Origin: the human T2T-CHM13v2.0 reference genome, Homo sapiens
NCBI RefSeq assembly: GCF_009914755.1
Contig: NC_060928.1
Length of the DNA stretch: 64,000 nucleotides
Strand: one strand, 5' to 3'
The notes under the pieces: generated by a model
Database searches by the model: none
What the model saw: the letters and a program-made list of their open reading frames with translations, nothing else
Told to the model about the DNA's origin: nothing
Program-made: the position numbers and the translations under genes
Shown here: positions 1-16,765 of the stretch, one piece after another
How the letters are laid out: every line of letters starts with the position of its first letter
How positions within the stretch are numbered: position 1 is the first letter of the stretch

Positions 1-2340
1 ATGGCTGAATAGTATTCCATGATATATTTGTACCCCATTTTCTTTATCCAGTCTATCACTGATGGGCATATAGGTTGATCCCATTTCTTTGCTATTGTGA
101 ATAGTGCTGTAATGAACATACTATGCATGTATCTTTATAATAGAATGATTTCTATTCCTTAGGGTATATACCCAGTAATAACATTGTTGGGGCAAATGGT
201 ATTTCTGCCTCTAGGTTTTTGAAGAATTTTCTCCACAATGGTTGCACTAATTCACACTCCCACCAACAGCGTAAAAGCATTCTTGTCTCTCCATAACCTT
301 GCCAGCATCTGTTGTTTTTTGACTTTTTAATAATAGCCATCCTGACTGGTGTGAGATGGTATCTCATTGTAGTTTTGATTTGCATTTCTCTAATGATCAG
401 TAATGTTGAGCTTTTTTTCATGTTTGTTGGCCGCATGTATGTCTTCTTTTGAGAAATGTCTGTTCATGGCCTCTGCCCACTTTGTAATGGGGTTGTTTCT
501 CTCTTGTAAATTTGTTTAAGTTCCTTACAGACTCTGAATATTAGACCTTTGTCTGATGGATAGATTGCAAAAATGTTCTCCCATTCTGTAGGTCATCTGT
601 TCACTCTGATGATTGTTTCTTTTGCTGTGCAGAAGCTCTGTAGTTTAAATAGATCCCATTTGTTAATTTCTGCTTTTGTTACACTTGAAATCTTTGCCTG
701 TGCCTATGTCCTGAATGGTATTGCCTAGATTTTCTTCTAGGGTTTTTATAGTTTAGGGTTTTGGGCTTAAGTCTTTAATCCATCTTGAGTCAATTTTTGT
801 ATATGGCATAAGGAAGGGGTCCAGTTTCAATCTTCTGCATTTGGCTAACCAGCTCTCCCAGCACCATTTATTAAATAGGGAATCCTTTCCCCATTGCTTG
901 TTTTTGTCCAGTTTGTCAAAGATCAGATGGTTGTAGGTGTGTTGTCTTATTTCTGAGTTCTGTATTCTGTTCTATTGGTCTATATTTCTGTTTTTGTACT
1001 AGCACCATGCTGTTTTGGTTACTATTGCCTTATAGTATCATTTGAAGTCAGGTAGCATGATGCCTCCAGCTTTGTTCTTTGTGCTTAGAATTGTCTTGGC
1101 TATTTGGACTCTTTTTTAATTCCACATGAATTTTAAAACAGTTTTTCCTGATTTTATGAGGAATATCAATAGTAGTATAATGGCAATAGCATTCAATCTA
1201 TAAATTACTTTGGGCAGTATGGCCATTTTCATGATATTGATTCTTCCTATTCATGAGCATGGAATGTTTCTCCATTTGTTTGTGTCCTCTCTGATTTCTT
1301 TGAGCAGTGTTTTGTAGTTCTCCTTGAAGATGTCCTTCACTTCCCTTGTCAGCTGTGTTCCTAGGTATCTTATTTTGGTAGCATTTATGAATGGGAGTTC
1401 TTTCATGATTTGGCCCTCTACTTGCCTGTTGTTGGTGTGTAGGAATGCTAGCGATTTTTGCACATTGATTTTATATCCTGAGACTTTGCTAAAGTTGCTT
1501 ATCAGTTTAAGAAGCTTTTGGGCTGAGACAATGGTGTTTTCTAGATATAAGATCACGTCATCATCAAACAAAGATAATTTGACTTTCTCTCTTCCTATTT
1601 GGATACGCTTTATTTCTTTCTCTTGCCTGATTGCCTTGGCCAGAACTTCCAATACTATGTTGAAAAGGAGTGGTGAAAGAGGACATCCTTGTCTTGTACT
1701 GGTTTTCAAGGGGAATACTTCCAGCTTTTGCCCATTCAGTATGATGTTGGTTGTGGGTTTGTCATATATAGCTCTTATTATTTTGAGGTATGTTCCTTCA
1801 ATACCTAGTTTATTGAGAGTTTTTAACATGAAGGGATGTTGAATTTTATGTAAGGCTTTTTCTGCATCTATTGAGATAATCATGTGGTTTTTGTTGTTAG
1901 TTCTGTTTATGTGATGAATCACTTTTATTGATTTGTGTATGTTAAACCAATCTTGCATCCTGATGATGAAGCCAACTTGATTGTGGTGGATAAGCTTCTT
2001 GATGTGCTTCTGAATTTGGTTTGCCAGTATTTTATTGAGGATTTTTGCATTGACGTTCATCAAGGATATTGGCTTGAAGTTTTCTTTTTTGTTGTTGTGT
2101 CTCTGCCAGGTCTTGGTATCAGGATGATGCTGGCCTCATAGAAATAGTTAGGGAGGAGTCCCTCCTTTTCAATGTTTTGAAATCATTTCACCAGAAATGG
2201 TACCAGCTCTTCTTTGTGCCTGTGATGGAAATTCTGCTGTGAATCTGTCTGGTCCTAGGGCTTTTTTTTATTTTTTTGGTTGGTAGGCTATTTATTACTG
2301 CCTCAATTTCAGAACTTGTTATTGGTCTATTCAGGGATTC
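1..2340 (-). mobile_element. LINE-1 (L1PA7/8-like) 5'-truncated, ORF2 RT and C-terminal remnant; 3' end lies before the window start
   Basis: ORFs 1251..2063 ([27 protein letters not shown]) and 152..436 ([21 protein letters not shown]) match L1 ORF2; abrupt 5' truncation at ~2340. Confidence 0.95.
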
Positions 2341-3298
2341 AATTATTTAAGAAATACATTTATCAGGTTATAGCTGCCACAGATGGTGATTCCTCTGATG
2401 GATCTGGAAAGAGTAAACTGAAAACCTTCTAGAAAGGATTCACTATTCTGGATGCCATTAAGAACACTCGTACTTCATGGGAGGAGGTCAAAATGTCAAC
2501 ATTGACAGGAATTTGGAAGAAGTTTACTCCAACTCACATAGATGACTTTGAAGGGTTCAAGACGTCAGTGGAATAAGTTATTGCAGATGTGGTAGAAATT
2601 GCAAGAGAACTAGAATTAGAAGTGAAACCTGAAGATATGACTGAATTGCTGCAATCTCATGATAAAATAATGGAGAAGGAGATGCTTGTAATGAGTGAGC
2701 AAAGAATGGTTTCTTGAGATGAAACCTACTCCTGATGAAGATACTGTGAACATTCTTGAAATGACAACAAAGTATTTAGAATATTATATAAACTTAATTG
2801 ATAAAGCAGTGGCAAGGTTTGAGAACAATGACTAATTTTGAAAGTTCTTCTGTGAGTAAAATGCAATCACACAGCATCACATGCAACAGAGAAATCTTTC
2901 ATAAAAGGAAAAGTCAATCAATTCAGCAACCTTAATTGTTGTCTTATTTTAAGAAATTGCCACAGCCACCCCAGCTTTCAGCAACCACCATTCTCATCAG
3001 TCAGTAGCCATTGACATCAAGGGAATACCTTCCACCAGCAAAATTATTATGGCTCACTGATAGCTCAGATGAACGTTAGCATTTTTTAGTAATAAAGTAC
3101 TTTTAATTGAGATATGTACATTGTCTTTTAGATATAATGCTATTACACACTTAATAGACAATATAGTGTAAACATATCATTTATACACATGTTTATATGC
3201 ACCGGGAAACCGAAATATTCAGGTGACTCACTTTACTGCAATATTTGCTTTATTGTGGGGGCCTGGTACCAAACCAGCAATATCTCCAAGGTATGACT
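2341..3298 (+). mobile_element. Tigger1 DNA transposon (TcMar-Tigger), 3' ~950 bp including right TIR remnant
   Basis: gattcctctgatggatctgg, ttcatgggaggaggtcaaaat, caccagcaaaattattatggctcactga and terminal caatatctccaaggtatg resemble the Tigger1 consensus. Confidence 0.9.
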
Positions 3299-6200
3299 TC
3301 ATTGTAATTTTTTTAAAAGAACTAAAAACATATATGAGAAGCTCTCAAATTACGAGGCACATTCTTCAAAATCAAGCATAACTAAAGTACGCATTCACCT
3401 TTAGAACTTAAAGTCAATGTCACTTCTCAACATATAATCTGAAATATTCAAAGTAAATGGAATAAGCCACATCTCAAGGGCAGCATTCTAAATGGAATTT
3501 ATCGAACCATTTTTAAGTTAGCTAATTTTCAGTTTTAAATATTTGACCTCTAGTCCTTATACTCTCTTATATTCCCAATTTTGTGCTTTTCTTTAAGGAG
3601 AATTCCTAGAAGCACTTAGGGAAAACAAGCTAGCTCACTTGTTAAACATGGAATAATCTGAACCAAAAGCCCAAATGCATAATTGTCTCCATAGTTTTTG
3701 GAGCAGAACATTGTTTGCAATTGATATTCCTCTCCATAGTTATGGTATTTTATTTCATATTCTGTATCTCTAACTCCACAAGGTGAATGACCAGGCTTCC
3801 AGTTATAAAATGTCTGTGCCTAACTCTTTAATGTCTATTATATCTGCTATATAATGTGCCATAAATGTGAAACTCAGTCCTTAAAATATTAAACAGAATT
3901 TAAAGCTAACAAAAATATTCAACAAAAACACTATATACAACCAGATCTCTGCTTTATAGTCAACAATACAACTATTCAGGGGATTTTTTTAATTGGGTAG
4001 CCTTAATCAGTAAGGGAAAAGCCATTAGGTGATGGAGGGGTCCATACCCTGAGAAACTCAGATCTACAAATCCTTATCATCTCTGCCTCGTGAGATGACA
4101 CAAAAAAATAAAGATATCAAGGGCTCCAGTGCTGGTATATTCTGAAGAGCTGCATTTCTCACAAGCAAACCTATTCTATCTAATTTACAGTTGGTTCTAG
4201 AACATATTTCTGTTATGTTTATTAAATACATATTTTTAAAATCACATATTCACCAAATTAACTGTTCTAGGATATTTCCGACAAGGAATAAAGGAACTAA
4301 AAGACCCTCATCTCAATTCTATGTCATATTCTCCTTTAGAATGCGTGGAGAACAAAACAGTAATTTAAATAAATTGAGTATATTTTCCTTAGGCAATTAG
4401 ACTGTGTTTTCATTTAACTTGCCTGATGTATATTCTTCCTAGATTCCTATGAGATAAATGAGCCATTGTTTTTAAGGTGACAAGAATACTCAATGAACTT
4501 GGGACAACCTAATGAAGTGATGGTTGAAGTCTAAATACAAGACAATCTAAACTCTCCTACCCTTAGAGTAATTTAGGCCTATGAGGTTTGCCTCTAGTTT
4601 TAATTGTGAATTCAACTTTTTGATGAATGTACTGTGTGAGATTATAGTTGTTCAAATAATGGAATTCAAATGGTATCAATGCAGATATCTTTATATCCTT
4701 TAGAGAAGAACTTTTTCACTCTCACTAACCCAGCTCCACAAGGCAGAGTGCAATACTTTTCTTTTCCACATAGCTAAAATCACAGAAAAGACAAATAACT
4801 GGATATTTTAAACCAAAAATATTGATAATGTATGATGAATTTTTAATTTTTTTGTTGTTCTACCTTAATCATTAAATGACCTTCTATAGCATCTTAAGTT
4901 TAACAAATCTTTTGAGAACAAAATGTGTGATTACTGGATGTCATAAAGAGGCCTTTTGTTTCCACTGCAATTTGAAACATGATGTTCCAGAAATCAAAAC
5001 TGCGTAGCAGAGCAAATATTCATACATTCTCAGCTGTTTCAGCTTATTTCTTTCAAAAGGTTATGGCTTTAAATGCTCACAGGCAAAAGCAAGATGCCTA
5101 TTAGAGTGGCCAAATGGAGAAAGACAAGGTACATAGAAGACAAAGCATGAACTGCCTCCCTAACCCTAATTATTCAGAAGAGAGAAACAAAGAAGAAAGT
5201 GTGCATTGCTATGCTGCTAAATCAAGGATTATTCCACTTCAAATCCGGTCAAGTCTGATCAGTGGAGGCCTATATTTTGTTAGGTATCCAGACAACAAAC
5301 CTGACAGGTGGCTTGCAAAATGTAGGGAAGCAAAGACTTATTGTTTAACCCACATTCTTGACATAGATAGGAAAATATAGCATATCTGAGGTTATTCACT
5401 CAGCCCTTTGGAGAGCTGGTCCCCCATTTCTCCTTCACCCAATCTTTCCAGGCTATTGCTCTGATGCAGCATCAAAGCCAGTAAAAGCACATTTGAAAAT
5501 GAAAGGTCTATCACATTCCACGCTTCTTTTGAAACATCAAAAAGGCACAAAAAGAAGCGGTAGGACTAGAAAAAGCGGACAAGGAGCAGGACAGTGCCTG
5601 TTAGAACGGCAGGAATAGCTGGAGGTGAACCAATGTGAGGTCTATGAAAAGGCAAGTGAGAGAACCAGAAATTTGCTGCTGACAAGATGAAACAGCCCAC
5701 AGCTGTGTCATGCTAATAAAAAGTTAATTTCAACTTTCAGACACTCTTCATGGTACTTTACAGTTCAATGGCACCAAGCTCATCCATTGTGCTGCATCAC
5801 CTGCAAAGGCTGGGTCTATCTACAAGCTCTCAGAATCCAGATAGAATTGGAGGAAACTATTTTACTCCTGGAAGATGTCCATGGGGATAAGAACATTTGC
5901 GATCAGGTTGAACTGCTACCCCAGTATCCTCGCAAACTGGAGCTTCAGGCATCTAATAAGTCCTAACACACAAACACGGGTGGATCAGGAGATTTTCCTT
6001 AGTCCTAGTTCATGCCATCACTGGCAAAATCTGGGGATAAGCAGAGTTTCAGCTGAAATAAAAAAATCTTAAATACCTTGATAAATCTGTGGCCACCCTC
6101 ATGACCTACTTCTTTCAGGCTGAAACAGACAGCCTACAAAACTTTTTAAAAAGTCATGTCCCTAAGTTTTCTACTGTGTTATTTCCTGAGACCATAAATC

Positions 6201-6429
6201 CAAGTTGTTATGTATACCTAGAAGCTGCCTCTAGAAATCTTGTGCTTGGTGATGTTTCAAAAATACAAGTAGAAAACAAAAATCCAATAATTCTTCACAT
6301 GCACATCTTCTCGGTGCCATTGTACCCTGACCTCAGAAAATGTCATAGTGGCTATTTCACTCTATAAAGTTGAATAGGTATTACATTTCCTGCAGTAGCC
6401 ATGTAATTTAGAAGAGCTATGTATTTGAA

Positions 6430-6700
6430 ATTTTAAATCCTGGATGTGAATTTCAGCTTTGTCACTGATTGTTTCATTGTAAGCAAGACATTTAACTCTG
6501 TTCCAACCCACATCCCCTGATGCGTAAAATGAACTATAAAAGCTGCCCTGCCCTGCCCTGTTCACTTTACAGGGATGTTATCAGGAGCTAATGAGAAAAA
6601 TCCTTTGCAAACTTATAGAAAAGTATACTATTATTACACATAACAAGATATTGCTGTGCCTAACAATGAGTATAGACAACGTATTTGTTGAATTAATGAA
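6430..6700 (+). mobile_element. Degenerate MIR followed by L2 3'-end fragment
   Basis: MIR-core-like gcaagacatttaactctg...gtaaaatg; L2-tail-like tatttgttgaattaatgaa. Confidence 0.5.
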
Positions 6701-8603
6701 AAAATTAATTACTCATAAAACTAAGAAAAATTTACCATATGACTTTATTTCAACAAATATATTTCAATTTAATGTACTTTATGGCTCATGGTTGCAATAT
6801 CCTTGAAATTCCATTGCATAGCCCTGAAGATATTAATTATGTTTACTCTAATACTTCTGTTTGCTATCTTAACTGTTTTTCTTAGATACTAGTTCTTCTA
6901 GTGTATTTAGTGTCTCAAATATAGAGATGCTTCTTTTTTTAATATCCACTCAATTTTAATTATGTTACCTTTTATTATTTTACAGTTTCAAAATATGTAT
7001 TTCAAAAAATGCTGTTACAGTTGCCTTTACTGCTCTATATGATCTGGAATAAAAGAACACTTAGAATTAGAACACACAAACATCAAGTTGTAATACCTAC
7101 TTGTCCTGAACAATTACTACCAAAGGGATATAGTTTTTAAATAAGCAGATGTGTGGCAATGAAAAATAAAATACAAATTCGTTACAACAGCAAACTTTGC
7201 TTTAGTGGCTATAGAAAGAAGGTGGTTTTATTTTCTTTTTTTCAACACATCTGGTTCTGGCAGCAAGTTATATTATGCATTTAGAGCAATAGGTGCCCTG
7301 AAAGTTTTTTTTTTCAGTTTGTGCATGTCACTTGAATCAGAAACAAGACACATGAAAAAAATATCATCCTCAATAACCCCCGGTAACTCTCCCTCCAGAA
7401 GGTCACAATGTTAGTGAACTCAAGGCTCTCACTGGTGATGGTATTTTACAATGAAAACACAAGAAAACCCTTTAGGGTCCAATTTTCACATCACATTCTC
7501 CAAATAGTAAAATAGTAGCTCTACATGTGGATGAAAAGGAATTTCAATTTCTTCCTATTTGTTTTTAGTCATACCATATTAACATATATCTGGATTTAAT
7601 TAATTTCCAAAAGGAAAATTTTAGTTACCAAATATTTCAGAAATTTAATAAGGCATCACATATATGTAATTAGCACTTATCTGCCAAAAAAATTATATGT
7701 ATATGTATTTATTTATCTTAACTTCACTGAAGTTCTTTTTTTCTGGCTAGTCATAAAAAACAGGATTAAGTGATCAATGCTGGCTTTATTTCTTCATAAG
7801 CAATAATTTGGGTCTTTTTCATTCAATACAACTGCAGCATTTTCATAATAAATTCTCAAAAGGCAATACAAAGAAACATCTACTGAATAGGCTTCTGTCA
7901 AGCAATTCATGTTTTAAAGTTAGACTCTATACCAAAATGGCGTTATGGTATTATAGGCATTTGATTTTTGTTTTTTTCAGTTTGTCAGTTCTTTATACCA
8001 TTATTTTTTTCTAGCAGGAGATAATGTATAATCACAAAGTAAGGCCTAGAGACCATTTACAGTTGTTTGCAATATCATGGTCAGACTTAACTCTCAAGAG
8101 CTGATATAAACCAAAGTGAAAAGAAGTCAACTAGAACCACATTTGGTCACATTCGAATAGTCTCCAAAAACACTTTGCTAACATACATGTTTCCTCCTTC
8201 TTGACAGATTTTGTGTTAATTTTATTAAAATTATAATGAATAAGCCTGCAAAATTTTTGTAGAGTTCTTTTTCTAGGGGACTACTATGTTCAAATGAATG
8301 TTTTTAATTTGCAAAATGTCATTAGTAATGTCCTTTCTATAAACATGGTTGGCAAAATAAGAAGGCACAAAAGAGGGTAACAAGAAATGTTTTCAGCTTT
8401 CAGTGAAGAGTACAAAAGCATGTACCTTTCACAGTAAAACATGTATCTTTCATAGAGTAAAATATTCGGTAATTGATGCACAAATTGAGCTACAAGAAAA
8501 CTTCTCTTCAGGTAGGTCCTGAGGTTTGAGGAGAGAACGAGTTTTCCTAATGACGCACTTCATGTAAAATAAAATGTAAAGCTGTACATATCTGTTTGGT
8601 TTT

Positions 8604-10673
<2,070 letters not shown>

Positions 10674-10959
10674 TGTTTGGTTTTAACAGCGGACCCATGG
10701 TTTATAAAATATAAGGCAATTAAATGAAAGAGAAAAAACAAAATACTTTCATAAACAAAGCAACTCCATCCACAGCCTCTGTTCTTTTTACCACTCAGTG
10801 GGGTAAAATGTCCAATAAAATGTAAAATGCAGCATATGCAATCATGTAATCTAAAAGCTTTTCATGATAACCCATTGCAAATTGCACTTGACAGTTCACC
10901 ACAACAATGGAAAACTGGCCCCTGGTTGGTTCACACAGTCCTTGAACCCCAAATTGAAG

Positions 10960-11803
10960 TCACCAATAAAACGATCTGGATAAAAAGTTTGCAGCTGTGC
11001 TCAGCCAGCTAGTTCCACCCACTGGGTGTGAGCTGAAGACCCAGGACACCACCTTGTACTGTTCATCTGTGGGACTCTCATCTTCAGACAGGTAGTCAGG
11101 TAGCTCTGTGTTCTGTTCTACCACAGGAAGGTCTTGGAATGGGACCAGCATCTCTTCTCCACTTTCACTTTTCACAACTTACGGAGCTTTCATAACCTTG
11201 GTTGATGCTCTCGCTGATGCGAAAGCCTCAGCTTTCAAATCTGAACGGATTCACACCACGCCTTTGAACAGCCATTTGAAAAGTAAAGCTAATAACACCT
11301 TTAATTTTTAACAAAGCCTCTTCATATAGATTTCTCGAAGACGTATCATCAAGGCCGTCTATATGCAAAACCACTGTTTTGGCACGTTTGTTTGCAGTTC
11401 CCAGAAAAAACTGAGCTTTCCTTCAATATGAATTCATTTCATTGAAACTATCACCATCTGCCTTATTGGAGGACTGAAGTATGTCATAGATTTCAGAGGC
11501 CAGAAGTTTTGTTTCTCCCAGAGTTGCAGTTTTCTGTATAACATTTTGTAGGCTCAACATCATACCCAGTTCTCCTTTCATCTTTTCTCTGTTTGCACGG
11601 TGTTCTCCCAAGTATCAAAGAGCGAGCAAAGCCAAATGGACTGGAGGGTTGGGGTGGTCCATAAATAAAATAAGGCAAGGCAGACATCCCTGATCCTGGA
11701 CTACAGCTCTTCTGTTTAATGGATCTGCTGCTATATCCCCTAACTGGTTAACTACCGATAAAGTATCAGACTCTTCATTCATGGTGGAGGTGGAAGAATT
11801 CAT
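10960..11803 (-). pseudogene. ARMC1: Disabled intronless CDS of armadillo repeat-containing protein 1 (processed pseudogene)
   Basis: [75 protein letters not shown] matches ARMC1 as recalled; no introns; stops at 11615-11617, 11423-11425, 11251-11253, 11179-11181; 2-bp frameshift near 11260. Confidence 0.95.
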
Positions 11804-11919
11804 CTTCTATGCCATGCACATGAATAAAATTTTAAATTTGCTCCAGAGCTTTAGGAGTTCAGAGCCTGCTGCACCATCGGGCCACACCTACGGATGAGGT
11901 AGAAACCCAGGCGGCGTGA

Positions 11920-12456
<537 letters not shown>

Positions 12457-12989
12457 TAGTGAGACATATTGGTAGAGTCTCTTCTGTGAAGTGAATTCCT
12501 CATTCTCCTGATCTTAGTAACCACCAAGGACACCTCTCTACCTCTGCAGAGCCAGGACACACAGTGACTTTATTTGTACATCCAGTGCACACAGTAACCT
12601 CATAATATGAGCACATATGATTATTGACCCATTCTCAGAAAAAAGCAAGGGTCCAGAAAGAGGCAACCATCCCAGCTGCGGCAACTAATAGATAGTACCT
12701 GGTGATTGTCCCAAGGCCTCTTCCCTCCTGCTGTCTGTTAACTGTGAGAGAGAGGACTGGCAAATAGCTCAACTTGCCCAGGAGACTTTTCCCTCATGGT
12801 GTATCACTTTGAATGTCTCTCTTTCCTATTTTTCAGAAGTGCTTCAATATTTCCCACCCTCTGATAAGAATTCATTCTTGTTTTTGACTTGATGATATGA
12901 AGGAGACACTAATTGCAACATGAACAAAAGAAATTAGCTTAGAAAAATTCCTAAGCAATGGTTTGCTCATCACTCTGTCTCTATTGGTT

Positions 12990-14610
12990 CATCGACTTAT
13001 TATGAAAATAACACATGCTTTCAGTTGGAAATTCAAAATAGCACAAAAAGGTATCCAAAGCAAAGTAAGTCTTCTTCTCAGCCCAGTCCCTGAGTCCCAC
13101 TCCCTGTAGATAAACGCCATCGACCATTTCTCATATGCTCTTCCAGAAATTTTCCATGTAAATATACGTCTATAGACATTATTAAGTACCTTTCTTTTGT
13201 TTAACTTAATGATATATCTTGAAGATTTGTCCATATCAGCATATGTAGATACACTAAATACAACAATTTATTATATGACCACATCAAAATTTGTTTAGTC
13301 AGTCTCCTGTTGATGGACATATGGCTGTTTCCTGGCTTTTGTTTTTCAGACCTCTCTGTGTACAGGTGAAATTAAAATCAGAGGACAAATTGCTACATTT
13401 GCTAGCAGGCCTTACAAGATTGGCATGTTTTAAATTTTAATAATATTGTCCAATTGCATTTCAAAGAGGGTGTAACAATTTTTACAACACCTGCATTGCA
13501 TATGTACCTGTATCCTTACACCCCTAGCCACTGTGAATTTCCGTATTTTATAACTATTGCCGCTATGATAGGCAAAAAATTGTTTCATGGTCTGAATTTG
13601 TATTTCTTTAATTATGAATGAGACTGAGATATTTTAATATGCGTAAAAATGTATTTTTCTTTCTGAACTCCTCTTTCATACATATCCTTTGCCTATTTTG
13701 TGAGGTCATTTATATTTTTCTTGTTGGCCTATACTAATGTTTTATACATATATAGAGGGGATATAGTACATATACAGTGCAGATGTGGTAAAAATTTGTA
13801 CAACCTCTCTGGAATGCAGTTGGAGATGAAGATGCATGTGTACAAAGTACAGGGTTTTCTTGTTTTGTTTTGTTTTTTGAGACTGAGTCTCTCCCTGTCG
13901 CCCAGGCTGGAATGTAATGGTGTGACCGTGGCTCACTGCAACCTCTGCATCCCGGGTTCAAGGGATTCTCCTGCCTCAGCCTCCTAAGTAGCTAGGAATA
14001 CAGGCGCATGCCAGCACACCAGCTAATTTTTTGTATCTTTAGTAGAGACGGGGTTTCACCATGGTGGCCAGGCTGGTCTTGAACTCCTGATCTCATGATC
14101 CGCCCGCCTCGGCCTCCCAAAGTGCTGGGATTATGGGCGTGAGCTGCCGCATCCGGCCCAGGTTTTTTTTTTAATTTTGCCTTTTGCCTTTAATTACTGT
14201 AGTTTTCCATGAAATAAATTTAATATTTTATAGTAAAATTTATTGCTCTACCTCCTTTATTGCTAATATCTGCTTAGATTTTTTTTCTTACTTAGGAAAA
14301 TATTACCCACTCCAAGATTACTTTAAATTTTCTTCATGATGCCTTATAAAATTTTTTTAGTTTTGCTTTTTATCTTTAGAGCTTTGGTAGAAATTCAAAA
14401 TAGCAAATCTAGAATGTACTTTAATGCAAGGAGTGAGACACAGAACTATTTTTTTTCTAAATGACTGAAAACGTCTCAATGCCATCTATTAAATAATCCA
14501 TCTTTCTTCACTGATTTAAAATGCCACCTTTATCATAGACTGGATTCCCTGAAGTGTTTGGACCTACTTAAGATTCTATTCTGTTCCATTGATCTGCCTG
14601 CCTATGCAGA
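12990..14610 (-). mobile_element. Ancient L1M (L1ME-like) 3' fragment, interrupted by an Alu
   Basis: Degenerate L1M motifs (tctcctgttgatggacat, tatatcctttgcctatttt, ctattctgttccattgatctg). Confidence 0.7.
13855..14158 (-). mobile_element. AluS, full length
   Basis: Alu consensus match with GTTTT-patterned tail; aggg/aggttt flanks. Confidence 0.93.
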
Positions 14611-15084
14611 TATTTTAGAAATGAATACATTTATGTAGCTATAATTTAGCCTATGTGGGTCTATTTCCAGGCTTTAGTTAATTGTATTCTACAGTATGTT
14701 TATTTGTCATTGTGTACCTCGGTTTTGACTTCCTCAAGGGTAAAAATTATGGATTCTCTTCCCTCTGTAATTCCCTAAAACATAAGTCTCTGCCAAGTTT
14801 GTCATTTTGAAAACTGAAATCAAGCCATGTCCTTAGGCAGAACCAGTGGTGGTCTGAGTGGTTTCAGTGAGTGAAGCCCCTGCTCAAAATATTCAACCTC
14901 TAAATGTAATATATAAAACACTGTGACAGTTTATTCCTTTCGTTAAAGGGACGCTCCTTTAAACACTAATACCGTGCATGCTGCTGAGAATAATTGTTCA
15001 TTATAATTTCTCCTTGGTCTAAGTTTTGGTAGAAAGGCAACATGAACTAACATTTAAGGTCCATGAAATGTGTTAAGAATAGCA

Positions 15085-15270
15085 CATATTCCGTCTCATT
15101 TAATATCACAAAACAGCCTACAAAATTGGTGTTATTTATCTCACTTTACATAGGAGGAAACAGGCTTAGAAAAGTAAGTTAATTTGCCAGCTTAGTTAGT
15201 GGCAAACCCTGGATTCAAACCCAAGCCTGTTCGATGCCAAATATCACGTTCCTACTCTCCTATGCCGCCT
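15085..15270 (-). mobile_element. MIR
   Basis: actttacataggaggaaacaggcttagaaaagtaagttaatttgcc; ggattcaaacccaag. Confidence 0.8.
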
Positions 15271-15894
15271 CCCAGAGACAGAGATCCTCAAACAATAATG
15301 GAAAATAATCTTCACTTCTTGTCCCAGCCATGCAGTGGCTCCCTTGATCACTGAATGGAGAACAATTTCTAGCTACAACCATGCTTAGCAGGAAACAGGA
15401 CCATGATAAGTGATTGACATCTGCCACAGAAGTCAAAGGCAGCAGTGGCTATACAGGACACTGTATTTGTCATTATTGCACTACAACACAGCACAGGAGA
15501 CCAAAGGAACATTTTCCCAACTTCACAGTTATGTTTAGGAACAACCCTAAAAATCAGTTGATCGATAAAATTTCACTCCCTAAATAAAGCCTAAGAAGCC
15601 AAAGTTAAAAATAAATTTTGAGAAATATAGTAAATAAAAGAGAGATTTATATGTGATATCCAAAGTATACCAGTCCTGCCAACTTGACAGGCTAAATATT
15701 CAGCCTCTTTTTGTAATAATCAACTTGGCTCTAGTAGTCATAGGAAGTTACTACCTCAAACCAATTTTCCCCAGGCAGAAGAGAGAGAAGAAACTCTATT
15801 CCATTCTAGAGCTATGTATCAAATCAAGTACCTGAACTTTGAATCAAACTCTACGCAGATCCACCAGTTCTAAGAACTGGGCCCCTGGGTTTGT

Positions 15895-16470
15895 GTGATA
15901 CTCAGTAGTTCCACATCTGGCCTCTCTGGAGTAGCCATTGAGTGGCCACCCAACTCCTACTCCTCTTTCCTCTCCCTCAGTGATCTGCAAATTTATCTAA
16001 GTTTTCTGCCCACTTCCACAAATTCATATGGCTCAGGTAAGATTAGCCCCACTCCAGCCCCTCATAGTCCAGGTGTAATCCCATGCCCTTTGTCAATAAC
16101 TGGATTAGCAATGGGACTAATTGCTATTTGCCATTAGCAATGTGATTGGATTCAGAGTCCTGAATTGTGGTAGAGGTCTGCTCTAAGCATAAAAAAAAGT
16201 TTTACCTTGCTCCTCTGGAACAGCACCAGGGAACAACCATTACTTTTCATCTGGCCAGTCTCCTTTGCTGATATAAGATCCGGAACTGCTGCAGCACATT
16301 CCCACCAGCCACCATTCAGAGGAGGGCAGAGTCAAAAGGATCACAAGGAATTGAACCTGTAGCCATCATGGACTCAGCCATGATGCCCACAATAGCGCTG
16401 AACTTGCAGTTACTGAAGCAGTAAACAAGTTTAAATTGTAAGCCATTACTGGCCTCCAAATGTTTCCTAA
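15895..16470. mobile_element. MaLR LTR (MLT1-type), degenerate
   Basis: MLT1-like motifs (ccccactccagcc, gattggattcag, ctgctgcagcacatt, cagttactgaagc..taaa). Confidence 0.5.
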
Positions 16471-16564
16471 CTGACCTCACTCATACACCTCCACTATGAA
16501 TCTCTGAGGTACTCTCTAAACTCTAGACAAGGGCTCCCAAAGTATTTGCCTACTTAAAGGACAC

Positions 16565-16765
16565 TGTAGGAGTTAAGAGCATAGGCTCAAACCCTGGCCC
16601 TGCCACTGACTTTCTGTGTGACCTTGGCAAGTTACCTAAACTGTCCAAGCATGTTCCTTCATCTATAAACTGGAGATAATCGTCACATCTAAGAGTTGTG
16701 TGAGGATTGAGGCAACTCATGCCTAGTGCTTAAAATCCAGCCTGGCATGTAAATACTGTCCTGAT
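16565..16765 (+). mobile_element. MIR
   Basis: ctgtgtgaccttggcaagttacctaaactg..ttcatctataaactggagataat. Confidence 0.85.

Noticed and set aside
1251-2063. 270-aa RT ORF, and similar ORFs at 34022, 55033, 63701, as functional or retron-like reverse transcriptases
   Set aside because: Fragments of decayed L1 ORF2 with stops and frameshifts; ordinary in primate DNA
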